This document shows positions 26,042-40,539 of a DNA stretch of 64,000 bases, piece by piece (within the stretch, counting starts at the first letter, position 1; every line of letters starts with the position of its first letter). The notes beneath the pieces were generated by a model, which saw nothing but the letters and a program-made list of their open reading frames with translations, was not told the origin of the DNA and did no database searches. This DNA is from Okamejei kenojei (Eukaryota), in contig CM069131.1 of the NCBI GenBank assembly GCA_035221665.1, positions 76,012,001 through 76,076,000 of the forward strand, given 5' to 3'. The translations under genes and the position numbers were made by a program.

Positions 26042-29000
26042 TATCAATAATAGCAATTAGATCACTTACCCCATTACTTCTATTTGTGCCATTATTGTAC
26101 CTACCTCATTGCAAATGCTGCAAGCATCAAAATATAATTACAATTTCATCTTATTGTATTTCATACTTCGACCTGATTTTCCTTTGCCATCTCCTTCTCC
26201 AGCTACTTTTCTACTTTGATGCTCCCACCCCCTGGGAAATGATGTTAACACCTCTCCAGGAGCACAAGGAATTTCTCCACCTCCTCCCCCCTATTCCTCA
26301 GCTACCTACATTGGATACTGGTCCTGCAGAGGTGTAACCCTTGAGATTAGCAGTGAAAATTTGTAGTCCTGCTTGCAAATGAAGTCTGCAGGATATTGAT
26401 GCAAGAATAATTGCAAAGCTAAGTCAGTGAGTAAAAACATCTACCCCCAGGTTGGCAATAGATCAAAGGTTTTCTGTGTTCAGCAATTTTCACACCCGCA
26501 CTCCCTGCGGCTCTGTGTAATTTTCCCATCTGAACGCTGTCCTCTAGCTATGTACCAATTCTCTTTCAGTATTTTCGACCTTTAGTCATTGATGTTCCCT
26601 CCACCACCCCCCCCCCCCCCCCCCTCTTTATTTTGTTGGTTGTTTTATTGAAATCCAAGTCGGGACATCTGGATCTTTTACTGTCCGGTTCCATCAAATT
26701 GTCTGGATTTGAAACTGTAGTTGGCCCTTTGTCATGAAATTTCAGTACACTTTACCCTCGGTATTGTGGACCTCTTTATAACAGATTTGGGATACAGTTT
26801 TAGGACGGAGAGACCCCAAGGTAATCAGATGCCGATGTCTCATTAAGAGCACAAGCTGCTAGTTACATTGTGGAGGCCCCTGAAATTAACAAGCAATTGC
26901 TTCAATCAACACGCGTCACAATGTGCTGGAGTAACACAGCAAGCCAGGCAGCATTTCTGGAGAGCATGGATAGGTGATGTTTCGGGTCAAGACCCATCAC
27001 TGGATTGTGCCGCGCACCTGACTGCTACGAAGCCGAGTCCCGCAGGTGACACATCGCCAACATTCACCGTCTCTCTCAGGCGGGGCCCACAGAAGCTACC
27101 GCCGACCGGCACCACCACTCCAGCCGCTTCCAGACCGGCCCTACTGACCTCTACTGCCAGGCTGGGCAGTCAACACCACACCCGGCCCGCACTGCCTCCC
27201 TGGCACTTCCAGGTCAGACCTACTGACCGCCACTGCCGACCCTTACCTGCACTCCGACTGCCCAGGGGTCGTGACCAATGACTCAATCGATCCTCCCCTC
27301 TCCCCTGGATGACAGCAGGCCGGGACCGTTAACTTACCTGTATTCCAAGCCCAGAGTCCAAACAAGAGTCCGAATAAGTCTCGACCCGAAATGTCACCTA
27401 TCCATGTTCTCCAGAGATGCTACCCCAGCTGCTGAGTTACTCTACTACTTTGGGTCCCTTGTGTATTAACCAGCATCAACTCTTCTACTACTTGTGCAGT
27501 GATACTCTATTGTACTTTATGACTCGATATTTCGTTACTTGGTTATAGCGGACAGTCGACAATAGTCAACCACCATTCCCCGCCCCCGTGGTCCTCTGTT
27601 TCTATTTCAGAACAAAAGCACTCGCACAACACTTCCACCTTGTGGTCATTCTTTGAAAGTACATTTAATTTTTGAATTCCCAAATTTAAAATATAGCAAG
27701 CTTTAGTCCCCGCGGTACATTTATGTCTTATTAAGCAACCTCGGGGGTTTTGTTTTGTATTGCTACAATCAGTACTAAATATTTGGGCGCAAAAGAGATA
27801 TATTAAACATCAATGTCCTTCATTTTCTTGCTACAATTACCAAGTCCCATGAGTTTCTAAGTCTGGATCCACACAGATAGATGAGATGGACAATTTCACC
27901 TCCAGCTGAGGCAGCTTCTCAACCTATTCCTCCTCCCAGCTCTGGCAGTTTGTCCCACGCTGTCTGGCTTTCCTTCAACTTCCTAAATAACTGCAAGAGG
28001 AAGCCAAGCTGCACCATCCGTGCTTATAAGCAACTTGCTTCTGCTGGGGATTTTAAAGAAACTGAAAACTACAACAATATCAACAAGATCATTCCCGTGT
28101 ACCATTCAAACTCAGCTTGGTGTAGAAAAGCCAATAAATAAATGAGCCACCTGCAAGACAAACCCTTTCAATAGCTGATCCAACAAGCTCTTTCAGATAG
28201 AGTGCCTTTCATGATTGGTCACCTTCTCAAAATCAGTAGCCAGGTCATCCTGGGAAGTTTAAAAAAAAACTGATGTTAAAATAACCCCACAGCCAATGAG
28301 GTTAAGAAATTGTGCACAATTTCTCTCTGACCTATGGGCAGTTATAAGTATTGATGTTTTTTTTATTTTTGTCATGTGATGCCTGTCTCAGCCAGGAAGG
28401 GTAAGGCTCACTTTCAAATGTCCCAGCAAGCCACTCAGTTCCCAGACAGCCAACGCAGGCCACATAGTTCCCAAATATCCCATGAAAAAACTGAAAATAA
28501 CTGAGATGAGGAGGAAGTGTGAAGCCTGGATTTGTAGGTCAATAAGAGGCATTGTCCTGAACCGTTGATTGTTCTGGGAGATGACCCGTTTACAGATTTC
28601 TCAAATATCAGGATATAAGAACCAAGCCTTCATTAAAGGTATTTCAATACATTTCAAATACTGTATTCCAAAGACGTGCAGGTTTGTAGGTTAGTTGTCC
28701 CTGGTGTGTAGGATAGAACTAGTGTATAGGTGATTGCTGGTTGGCATGGACCCGTTAGGCCGAAGGGCCTGTTTCCACACTGTCCCACTTAACTATATTA
28801 AAGGTGTTGTCTAGGTGTTCCAGAGATGAGTTTAGGACTAGGAAGAGGTCGTCGGCTATGGACCTGTAACCACAGCAGGAAAACTGCTGTGTATTATAGC
28901 CATCTGGGAGGCTGGATTTAATATGTGCCATCATCAGTCTCTCTAAGCACTTTCATGATGGTGGACGGTAGTCCTAGGTCAGTGTATACTGGTACTGAAT

Positions 29001-29889
29001 TGGTGTTGTGCAACAAGGATTCAGACTTTGGCCCAAATTTATGAGGCTAATCAATGATTATTGTGATAGAAACATACTTGGTGATCTGTTAGTTTAGTAT
29101 TTTAGTTCTCTTTAGTGATTGTGTAGCAGTATTTATAGTATCTACATACTTCTGGAAGCTGGTAGATGCAAGGAACTGCAGATGCTGGTTTACCAAAAAA
29201 GAGGAAACTGGTCTGGAGTCCAGCATGCAATTAAACAAAGGGGGGATTTAGGTCACAAGGACTGGAACCAATGCATGCCATCTACAGGGAGGTGGCTGGG
29301 ACCAAGTGATCCGACAAAGCCCGAGATTAAGGCCAGATGTCCGGCAGTGGATGGTTGACTTAAGTAAATAGTATTATGTTTGTTGCAAATATAGATAAGT
29401 TCAATAAATGTTGTGCAGAGGGACTGAATCAAGGAGGCATTTGAGGAAAACTGAGGGTGATCGTATGGTTGTGCATGAGCCAAAACATCTGGAGCTCAGG
29501 TCCACAAGACATCTCAGGTATTGACAGAGTGCACCAATGTTATTGGGGGTAATAATAAAATAGCAGGAAGCAGTGGGAATGTTACTGCTGGACCTGTAGA
29601 AATGAACTCTTATGCATTATAGTCCAGGTTTACAAAGAAGTGTTGTTACTATTTCATAATTGAATGAGTAATCATTCTAAAAATAAATTAAAACCTTTGG
29701 TTTTCTTGAGCTTTCCATTATGCAAGGAAACAAGATCACAATATGTGGAAGGTTGCTCGCTTCACTTTAATCCATAAAATAATAATGGACAAAAACAACA
29801 GCATTCCAGTTGTCCAGTAGTCATCTGCATTTTTAAGAGTGGCTGCAAACCATTGCATTTTGACAAATTATTCCATGCCATCCAAGTGG

Positions 29890-30850
29890 CATAGAAACGT
29901 TGAAAAATAGTTGCAGGAGTAGGTCGTTCGGCCCTTCGAGCCAGCACCTCCATTCACTATGATCATCTAAAATCAGTACCCCGTTCCTGCTTTTTCCCCA
30001 TATCCCTTGATTCATTTAGCCCGAAGAGCTAAATCTAACTCTCTGTTGAAGACAGCCAGTGAATTGGCCTCCACTGCCTTCTGTGGCAGATAATTCCACA
30101 GATTCACAACTTTCTGGGTAAAAATGTTTTTCCTCATCTCAGTCCTAAATGGCCTAACCCTTATTCTTAAACTGTGACTCCTGATTCTGGACTCCCCCAA
30201 AATTGGGAACATTTTTCCTGCATCTAGCCTGTCCAATCCTTTAAGAATTTTACATGTTTCTATAAGATCCCCTCTCATTCTTCTAAATTCCAGTCGACCC
30301 ATTCTTTCATAATATGTCAGTCCCGCCGTCCTGGGAATTAACCTGCTGAACCTACGCTGCACTCCCTTAATAGTCTTCCTCAAATTAGGAGACCAAAATT
30401 GCACACAATACTCTAGGTGCGGTCTCCCCAGGGCCCTGTACAACTCCAGTAGGACCTCCTTGCTCCTAAACTCAAATACTCTTGCAATGAAGGCCGGCAT
30501 GCCAATAGACAATAGGTGCAGGAGTAGGCCATTTGGCCCTTCGAGCCAGCACCGCCATTCAATGTGATCATGGCTGATCATCCCCAATCAGTACCCCGTT
30601 CCTGCCTTCTCCCCATATCCCCTGACTCCGCTATTTTTAAGAGCCCTATCTAGCTCGCTCTTGAAAGCATCCAGAGAACCTGCCTCCACCGCCCTCTGAG
30701 GCAGAGAATTCCACAGACTCACCACTCTGTGAGGAAAAAGTGTTTCCTCGTCTCTTTTCTAAATGGCTTACTCATTCTTAAACTGTGGCCCCTGGTTCTG
30801 GATTCCCCCAACATCAGGAACATGTTTCCTGCCTCTAGTGTGTCCAATGC
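29890..30850 (-). mobile_element. CR1 3' fragment with a second CR1 3' fragment nested in the same orientation (~30505-30845)
   Basis: RPHLEYCVQFWSP, RRMRGDLIE; two copies of the ggtgcaggagtaggccatt tail. Confidence 0.85.
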
Positions 30851-33800
30851 CATTAGCTTTCTTCACTGTCTGCTGCACCTGCATGCTACTTTTGTTCAGA
30901 AAGGTTTGGGTACTACTCATGATGCCTTGAACATTCAACGCAAGTGGATTCCTTTACTGACCAGCAATCAGCTACGTGAGCTTTAATATCCGTCGTGTTT
31001 TCCTAGAGAGGAATGCTGAAGGGAAACTAAGATTTGAATTGTTGCTCTCTTAAAACACATTTATTACAGGGTCCCGACCTGAAACGTTACCTATCCATGT
31101 TCTCGAGAGATGCACCCTGACCCGCTGAGTTACTGCAGCACTTTGTGCCTTTTTTAAAGACAGTATAATGCCCTTAGTTAAGCTGTAAATCTCTGTTGAG
31201 TATGTGGCCTTGAGATAATAGTGCCACGTTGTAATTGAACATGGGCTTGGAAAAGTTAAGAGCTGGAAAGAGTGTTCTTAAAATTAGTGGCAAAATCACC
31301 ATATTAGATTGAGAGCTTCAACTCAGCAAGATACTGTTGTTGAAGGAGAGGAGCTGAAAATGATATTCAGCTGGGCAGACTGCATGTCAACCATGTTGTG
31401 CAATAATGTACATAATATAAAACTAATCAGAGGTGCAGCAATCAAAAAAGCAAACACTGGATTTAAAGAGATATTAGAACCTCTTACAATATCTGGAAAG
31501 TCATTTTACCTGATCTCAGCCTGCATTTGGTCTTGTTAGGTTGGCAGCTTATATCTATTTTTTCTTTTTTCTTATCCACCTGTTGCATCAACTCAATTAT
31601 TCATGCATTTTCTGCGCCTTTTAAATTACTTTATTTGTACTGGGTTATTTTTCAATTGTCTTGTTAAATTCTTCTCAGCAGTTTAACCACCGTAAACATC
31701 CCAGAGGTTATTTTATTCTACTGGATTTTATTTTTAATTCCTTAGCTTTCATTTCATCTTTAAGCACCATCTTCCATAGATTTTACCAAGTCTGAGAAGG
31801 ACTTGAGCATAAAACATGAGGCCAGATTCTTGCTGGAACATGGTTTCTCACGTTGCTAATTAGATTTTCTCTCTACCTTTTACCAGAAAGAAATCTCCTC
31901 AATGACTTGTTATAAACTGCAATAAACCCAATGCAGCTGGGATTAAAAAGGTTTGCATCGTTGCATCAACTGTCCTTGTTCCAATTATTTCAAGAGTTAG
32001 GGAAGTCAAGAGTGTTTAATTGTCATGGGTATCTGGACAGAAACGATGACATTCCTGTTTCCGTCAGCTTTACTACAGCTCAGTTTCAAGTAGTTTTCAG
32101 TTGGAAAAAATTGATGTCTAAAGTGGTCCAGACACATAGATCATTAAAATGCCATATATTTCTAAAGGTTATTGGAATGCTGGCCATTTTATTTAGAAGG
32201 CAATAATACAAGTCGGACACGTTGAAGACTGTTGGTCGTCTAGGCAGCACACTTTGAGGCTATATATTCACTTTGAAGGAAATGTATTGTAGATTTTCGA
32301 GAAAGACATTTGAACACCAAAGGTTAGATTATAAGGTGGAATTTATTATCAGAACTCTTTTGATCAAAGTTTTCAAAATGTCAATGGGGTATTAATAGGA
32401 TAGTTAACAATGTTCTTCCCTGGATGAATAATTCTGGGACCAAAGATCCTAAATGTTTGACTTGGGTCCTTCGTAGATACATGAGACTACAGATACTGGA
32501 ATCTGAAGCAACAAACCATCTGCTAGCGAAATTCAGTGGGTCGAGCAGCATCTGTGAAGGGAAAGGAATGGTTGATGTTTTGGATAAAAACGTTGCATTC
32601 ACTTCACAAACAATTTGGAATATCTCCTAGTCATTTCAAAAGACAATTGAAACACTCTTCACTTTGAAAATTGTTAATTTTATATGTTTGGCAGACTTTT
32701 GTCAGCCAGAGGTTATAAGGGACTTGTGGTTACAGGGAAGTTTAGTTCACCTTGTATGATGGAACAGGCATGAGAGACTAAATTGCATTCTCCCATGCCC
32801 ATAACTTGCAGTTGCTAGCCATTAGTATTTTGATAATGACGCATATGAGGCCAAGCAAACACATTGCACATTGTTCCTTCTCCATGACCTTTAAAGTTAG
32901 AAAATGAACATCTGGAAGATAGCATAGGAAGTCACATGATTTAAAAATGGGCATTAGAATGAAAGACGTTGTTAACTGCTAGCCATCTGATGCTTAGCTT
33001 TCTTTCTTATATACAAACATTGGGAAGTCCATAATTGGCTCCAGGAAACAGTAAACTATAAATGCAGCTCTGAGACTCTTAGCTCAGCAAGCACAGTGAA
33101 AGAACAGATTATCTCATTTAATAAAGAGTTGGAGGAGAGCCAAGTATTGGTGACGCGTCATTCATTCTGATACAGTATTCTCATTGGGAAGATTACATTG
33201 TGCTGACGAGTTAGCACAAACACGTCACTATGGCATAGTAATCATTGCCGTCTGGAGTAGTAAATGCCACTAAATGCCTACACACAAATGAAAACCAAGC
33301 AGAAAACATAAAGCATGACTTATTTTGCCTCAGGTTTCTCCGGAGAGCATGACAAACATCTATTTAAATGCAAATGCAAATACCTGAGATCAACCAGTAA
33401 TTGTAAAGACTTGATCCACATTTTTTGGAGTTGGGGTGGAGGCAGTTGTGTCTTTCTTTAATTGTAGCCAGGAAAGGTATTATCACCTATTGTATCTTTC
33501 TAGAGAAACAATAAACTATAGATGCTGGTTTAAAAATAAACACAAAGTGCTGGAGTAACTCAACAGGCCAGGCAGCATCTCTGGAGAACATGGATAGGTG
33601 ACATTTTGGGCTGGGACCCATCTTCAGATTGATTGTGGCTGGGGCAGGATCGAAAGCTGGAAGACAGGTGGGGCAGGACGGAACCTGACAAGTGATAGGT
33701 GGATACAGGTGAGGGGGGTTCAGATAGGCTCATGTTTGGACAAACCAACCTTTGTCCAACCATCTGCGTATTATTGTATGTTTCTGTTCAGTATCACTCA

Positions 33801-33874
33801 GGTACTTGCCTGGACATGTCAGATCATTGCAACTTGTTTTGTTGATCAATGTGGGAAACTAAGAAAAACCTAAA

Positions 33875-35420
33875 ATAATCTATGTAAATCAAAAATGAAT
33901 GGAGGTTTTGCATTGTCTAATTTTATGTTTTATTATTGGGCAGTTAATATAAAAAATATGAATTTCTGGTTGGAAGAACTAGATAAACAACCAAACTGGT
34001 TAAAAATGGAAAAGGAAGACTGTTCACCTTTCGAAATTAGCTCGATTTTATTTGCTAACACTACAATACATAAGAAAATTTATAGAGGAAACCCAATAAT
34101 AGAAAGTGGTATACGTATTTGGAAACAATTTAAAAAAACATTAAAATTACAGAATACACCACTAGCTCTTCCAATTGTAAACAATATTACTTTTAAACCT
34201 TTATTGATGGATAAAGGTTTTTTTAAATGGAAGAACTATGGAATAAATAAGATTGGTGATCTCTACAGGGAAAGTTTATTTCTCTCATTTCAGGAATTAC
34301 AACAAAATTATGGATTACACTCCAAAGAATATTTTAGATATCTACAAATTAGAGATTATGTTAAATCAAATACACCAGATTTTAGGAATAGAAAGAGAAA
34401 TTTTAGATGAATGTCTAAATAAACATCCGAATACAGAAAAATTAATATCATATATTTATAATATCTTACTGGAAAATGATTTACCAAATACGGATAAATA
34501 TAGACAAGCATGGGAAAATGAATTAGGTCAAGTAATTAGTAGAGAAGTATGGAATGAAAGTTTACAACATTGCTCATTAATGACCACTGCTCATTAAATG
34601 CCGGACACTCCTTGATACAATTTAAAGTTATACATAGATTACACTTCTCAAAATCCAAATTAAACAGAATTTTCTCAAATGTTTCCGCTATATGTGATAA
34701 ATGTCAACAATTAGAAGCTAATCTAACGCATTCATTCACAAAATGTACAAAGATTACTAATTTTTGGACAGAAATTTTTAAGATAATCTCAATTGTAGTT
34801 AATGCAAATTTAATCCCAGACTCAAAATTAATTATATTGGGAATATTAGAAACGGATCAGATACTAACAACACAACAAATAATTTTTTATTGGTTATAGT
34901 TTAATAATTGGTAAAAAATTAATACTAAGATTTTAGAAAGGTCCCATATCCCCCTACAATCAAAATGTGGATTACAGAAATGTCGGAGACACTTCACCTG
35001 GAACGATTAAGACTTGTCCTAATGGACAGGTTAGATCAATTCAGAGGAATATGGATCTCCATTTATTGAATATTTAAAAGGTTACGATGGTCTGGTTCGA
35101 GGCCATGACTGAAGCCTGAATGAAGGAATAGATGAAGAATTATATACAATAGATCATGAATATATCTCCAATGAAGAATATCTTGCTTATTACTCCACTC
35201 ATTTTATTTATCTCTTTCTTATTTCTCTTTCTTTTTATTACCTATCTTTATTTCCTACTGTTATAAAATAAAAAAAATATAGAAGTATAAATAAGATTGA
35301 CTGTAAATTTTAAAAATATTAAGAATGTATGTGACGAATAATATTTTCTTTTTTTTTTGATTTTATATTATTTCTTCTTAATATGTAATTACTTCTAATA
35401 AAAATATTTTACAAAAAAAA
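33875..35420 (+). mobile_element. 5'-truncated L1-clade LINE with poly-A tail and TSD
   Basis: GGFALSNF..YYWA, CDKC...H; aaaaacctaaaa on both flanks; related to 3040-5000. Confidence 0.88.
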
Positions 35421-38369
35421 ACCTAAAACAAAAGCAAAGCAAAGTAGCAGCTGGCAGTAAAATGTAAAATGCTGGAAAATGTGCACTGGGTCAGACAACC
35501 GCAGTGGATAGAGAAACAAGCTGGATGTCCAATTGTTGACATTCTATTAGGGCTCAATGATGAACAACCATTGATTCCAAACCGGAGTTGTTTCTCACTC
35601 CCGAACTGCTGCCAGATCTGACAAGTATTTCCAGCTCTTCCTGTTTTTCTTTCAAAATTCAGTCACTTTTCACTTCCCTCCATGCTTTTAGTTGAATTGA
35701 TTCCATTTGTTCAGAAAATGCTGGAACTGCTGTCTAATATTTCATCCAGCTCTATATTTTGTTTATGGTTTGTTTGATAAATAAATCCTTAGCAGCAAGT
35801 TGCATGCCGGTATTGCAGCTGCAAGTAATTTTTTTTTTCTGTTGTCAGTACATATGACAATTAAATACTTTTGCTGAATGGTCTTTGACTTGTGATGTTA
35901 ACTCTGTTTTTCTCTCCACAGGTGCTGCCTCACCAACTGAGTGCGTTTTACTGTCTTTAACTGTTCATGTACTTCTTTAGATAGTAAAGCATTTTATTTT
36001 TCCTTGTAATCTATAAAAAGTGGATGTGAGTGGAATGGGGAGTGAAATTTAAACATCATTTGGCTGGATCTAAATAATTGCTTCCCAGCCCAAGCTACAC
36101 TTGATCTTCTGAGACAGTGAGACTTGCTGGCCACTTGCTGGCACTTGCCACTCATAGATGTTCTTGGAAGGAAATACCCAGCAGAATATCCTGACATCTG
36201 CCAGTCCCAATTCTCGGGATCACTGAGTGAAAAATGCTAGTCGACCCAACCTGGTGATGGTGAACTCCTATTCTTTTGTGAATGGAGGGAACACGTTCTT
36301 TGATGGAATTGCAGTTGTCCCATGGCAACACAAATCCCACAGCTTCATTCCACACAAACACTGACCCATATAAAGTTCTCATGATCATGGTGAGAGTCAG
36401 GGCAGTAGAATGAAATCTTGTCCATAGATGCCCTATTGCAGCAGGGACTATCCCACTAGAAATGATACAAGACTGGTTAATACATTGGGCTAGATAAATT
36501 AATCAACAAATGTATATCTACTCAATGTCCATGCCTATACCTGCTTTAATACAGTCACAGGACAGTCTTTTTGAAGAGTCCTTCTACCTCATAGATTCCA
36601 TCCCACAAGATGCAACTGACTCTGACAAGGATTCCCGACCAATAACTATCCTCCATTTTTTATTTTGAAACATTGTGCAATGGAGAAATGGTGATCATGG
36701 TCAGCTTTCTTCCAGGCAAAACTGTAGAAGGTTGATGCTAATATTTTATGACCAGCCTTCTTTGGACATTAAAATCAAATTATTTCCTGGAATAGAATGG
36801 TGCTATTTTGAGAGCTTCTCACCAGTGAACCTTCAAGATTGCCCTTGGAACTGAGCTTGAATTATATTCAATTCATATGAAAATCCCCTTTCACATTGGT
36901 TAAGGAGGGACTGGCTGATACATTGATTTAAAAAATAAACCTTCCACCTTTTGAAGGACTACTTGAAACCTAGATCAACACCATTATCTCTGCAACAGCT
37001 GATGATCATAACATTATAAAATGAAACATGTTCCAGCAGGTTCACAGTTTCACTTGGCATAAGTCCATATTGTGCTTGAGTCAGATATTGAACAGATAAT
37101 GGTCCACAGTTTCTTACTGAGTTTGTATTCTGCTTCAATATATGTATATTTTTTAAATATATTAAATTATCCATTTGTTTTACAAAGAACAAAATAAGAT
37201 AAGAGGAGGCAATAATGTCCGAAGAAGGGTGCCGACCCAAAACGTCACTCATCCTTTCTCTCCAGAGATGCAGCCTGACCCACTGAGTTAGTCCAGCGCT
37301 TTGTCCCTAACATCCCCACATCTCTCTTCCCTCTTTCCTATGACCCCCCACCGGTGCGCTCCCATTTTTCCCACTATTCCGCCCCAGCCACCTTGCTCCT
37401 TTCCCCTCCTTTGTACACTTATCTTTGATCTCAGGGTCCTTCATTTCTCTTTTATCCCACCTCTTTCCCCTCCCCCTGTCCTCTTCCACCTATATTCCTC
37501 CCTTGGGCTGTGCATTTCACTCCTCCTCTTCTCTCCTTACCTGACACCTTTCTCTCCTTATCTGACACCCTTTTTGTCTCCTTTTTATCTTGCGACTTTG
37601 TCCACCCATATGCCAATAAACCGCCCTCACTTATATCCACTTAACACATGCCAGGCTTTGTCTTGCCCCCCTCACCTTGACCCAAAACATAATCTGTCAT
37701 TCGCTCCACAGATGCTGCCTAACCTACTGAGTTCCTCCAGCACATTGTGTTTTGTTCAAGATTTCAGCATCTTCACTTCTTTGTGTCTCTATTCTCAATC
37801 TCACCTCAATTAATTAGGTATTAATAAGAGGAGGAGGACAAGTTGGAGAGGGACCTCTAAGATCCCATTCTTGTGTACTTCTGGGAAATAACTATGTGTA
37901 CCGTGCACAAGATTCACAAGTATATCTTTTGGCTACTGAATGGTTATGAGCAGTGGAAAATAATTAAAATGAATGGTGAATTTAATACTCACAACTATTG
38001 CTGTAGTATATTTAACACCTTTAGTATTTTTGGGAAATGTAGATGCAGTTGGTGCTGGATTTCACTTGTGTAACTGGAACAGTAAGTGGTTCTTGAAGAG
38101 AAGCAAAGGTGAACATTTGAGTTGCTTAGTGATGATGTTTCATTGTTTGTTGAGTGATATAATATCTTAATCCCGCTCTCAGGTCTTGAAAGCTTTATTT
38201 TATTAAACCAAAATACTTTTTTAAACAAACAAAATATATATCATGTGACATTTTACCAGTAAAATTTAGTAAATAAGAAACAACAATGAAGGTTTCTTGG
38301 TTTCATCAAAGACAATTTCATGCACAATGGTGTATCACAATGTAGTCTTCTTATTCTGTGTGGGATGAG

Positions 38370-39183
38370 TCTATACTACGTGTATGGTTTGGAACATGAC
38401 ATTAAATATAATGCTAGTGAGAGTGCTGTTATGGTCTGTAGAACCAAAGAGGATAAAAGCCTAAAATATCCTGATTTTAAATTGTCTGACAACAATCTTA
38501 GTGTCTGTAATAAGATAAAATATTTAGGGCATATTATTACAGAACAAATGACAGATGAGGAGGATATTTAAAGGCAACGACGCATGCTGTATATACAGGC
38601 GAATATCCTCTTGCGTAAATTTGGTGCGTGTGCAGATGTGGTGAAGATGTCGCTATTTAGAGCATACTGCACACCCCTCTACACTGCGCACCTGTGGTCG
38701 AACTATTTAAAGACAAGTATGCAGAGACTAAAGGTGGCATATAACGATGCATGAGAACACTGCTAAGGCAACCAAGATGGTGTAGTGCCAGTAATATGTT
38801 TGTGGCTGCAGGAGTCAGTACTTTAGAAGCTATTCCAAGACACCACATGTATAAATTCATTTACAGGATAAATGACTCTAAAAATGTGCTTATTGTGGCC
38901 TTGACAAACATAAGGGTTAGCACTACACGCTACGAATCCCAGTTGTGGAGACACTGGTATCGTTGTCCGTTGTACGACATTGATCATTTTTTACCCTGGA
39001 TTTTTAACTTAAGTATTGTGGGGTTTTTTGGGGGGTTTTTTTTAAATATATAAATTATGATGTTTTTTATGTGATTTACCATGATTTTATATATATTTAT
39101 GATATTTGATATGCAATGCATTTTTAATGTAATGTTGCCCCTTGTCTGGACTTTGAGTCCGTAATAAAGGTACTATTATTATA
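38370..39183 (+). mobile_element. Non-LTR retrotransposon 3' fragment, clade uncertain
   Basis: KYLGHII, AYN..MR.LL.QPRWCSASNMFV; aataaa followed by a (tat)n tail. Confidence 0.65.
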
Positions 39184-40539
39184 AGGCTTGCCTTTGGCTC
39201 CAGATGTTCGGCGAGCCAAACCCAATCTGGGTAGACTGATTTAAGCCTACAGTCTCAAAGCAGCTGCTTTCGTTGGCAAGATAGCCTTCGGTTCTGGTGC
39301 TGGAGTTTGTAAAAATATATTCAGACAATGCTGAAAATTGTTGCTGCAGCTGCTGCACAAATCGCTCCTTGTCTCATTAACGAAGCTAAGCCGCTTGCCA
39401 TCAATTGAACCACCAGTTGATGGTTCTTGCTCAGTTGGGGGCAACTCTTGTTTTCTGCAGCAGACCTCATTGTCTTCATTATTGTTGATGTTTATTCCAT
39501 GTGAGCTCTTTTCAATCCCTGAACTCGCAACAAAAGAGCTTTCAGTCTGTGTTAGAAGCATGCAATAGTTACTAACAATTGTCTGTTTAACTTATGTCTA
39601 TCAAGGAAAAGTTAGTCCTTGTATCAGGAATAAGATTGGTTCAAGATCTTTGGAAATCCTTTTCACAAGCTGGCCTGTGCCCCTAACCCATTCCCTACAT
39701 CAACACCACACACATGCCACCGCTCTATCCCTCATAAACATTGGTAATAATCAACATTAGGATGACATTTTATCCAACTATAATGTATCCATCTGAAAAT
39801 GTAAGAAACATAAATGGTGAGTAGTTGCTGAGTATCTTTTCGTGCACTCTCTTCTTTGCTCCTTGGGAGACAACGGCTGATAAAGCAGCAGCATTCAATA
39901 CTTTTCACTCGGGCCCCACTTATCTCATTCATGTAACGACCTGCATCCAGGTGGGACACTAGCTCATCCTTAATCTTTATGGGATCATTGGCACTATCTC
40001 TGAGATTATACCTCCTTATTTGATCATATTTAGGGCTTATGGCTGATGGTGCTCAGACATTCCTGAAACATAGTTTTAGTAAATGCAACTCTTGTTTTCT
40101 GCAGCAGACCTCTGCTAAATGCCTCTGCCAAATCCAATTTATTCCGATTTTGTGTTCCCTTGCTTACTATCATCCTGATGTTCTGTTACTTGTAAATTTT
40201 AGTTCATGGGAGAATAACAGATTATTGTGTTTCAAGCAAATTCAAACTTTGAAACTAACCTTTTCTCCACTGGACTTGACTTCCCTCTGTCATATCCAGC
40301 CTGGGTGGGAACTGGGATTTCTACAACTGCTTTACAGGAATAGAATAAATGCCCACGTCTTAATGATTGTTAACATATCTGCTGAAAGTATATTTGTCAT
40401 ACATTGGGACTTGATTAGGTGTGATGGCCCCCATGAATGAATAGTCTGCCAACACTAAGTGTTCGAAACCACAGATGAAAAATATCCACCAGTGAAAAGA
40501 TGGTCCTACATTGGGGCAAGGCAGATTTTGAAGGTATGT

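Noticed and set aside
26868-27469. GC-rich 137-aa ORF as a gene or CpG promoter
   Set aside because: It is the interior of a repeated composite element also seen at ~55140-55490.
37301-37813. 170-aa Pro/Leu/Phe-rich ORF
   Set aside because: Pyrimidine-rich low-complexity part of a Penelope-derived repeat.
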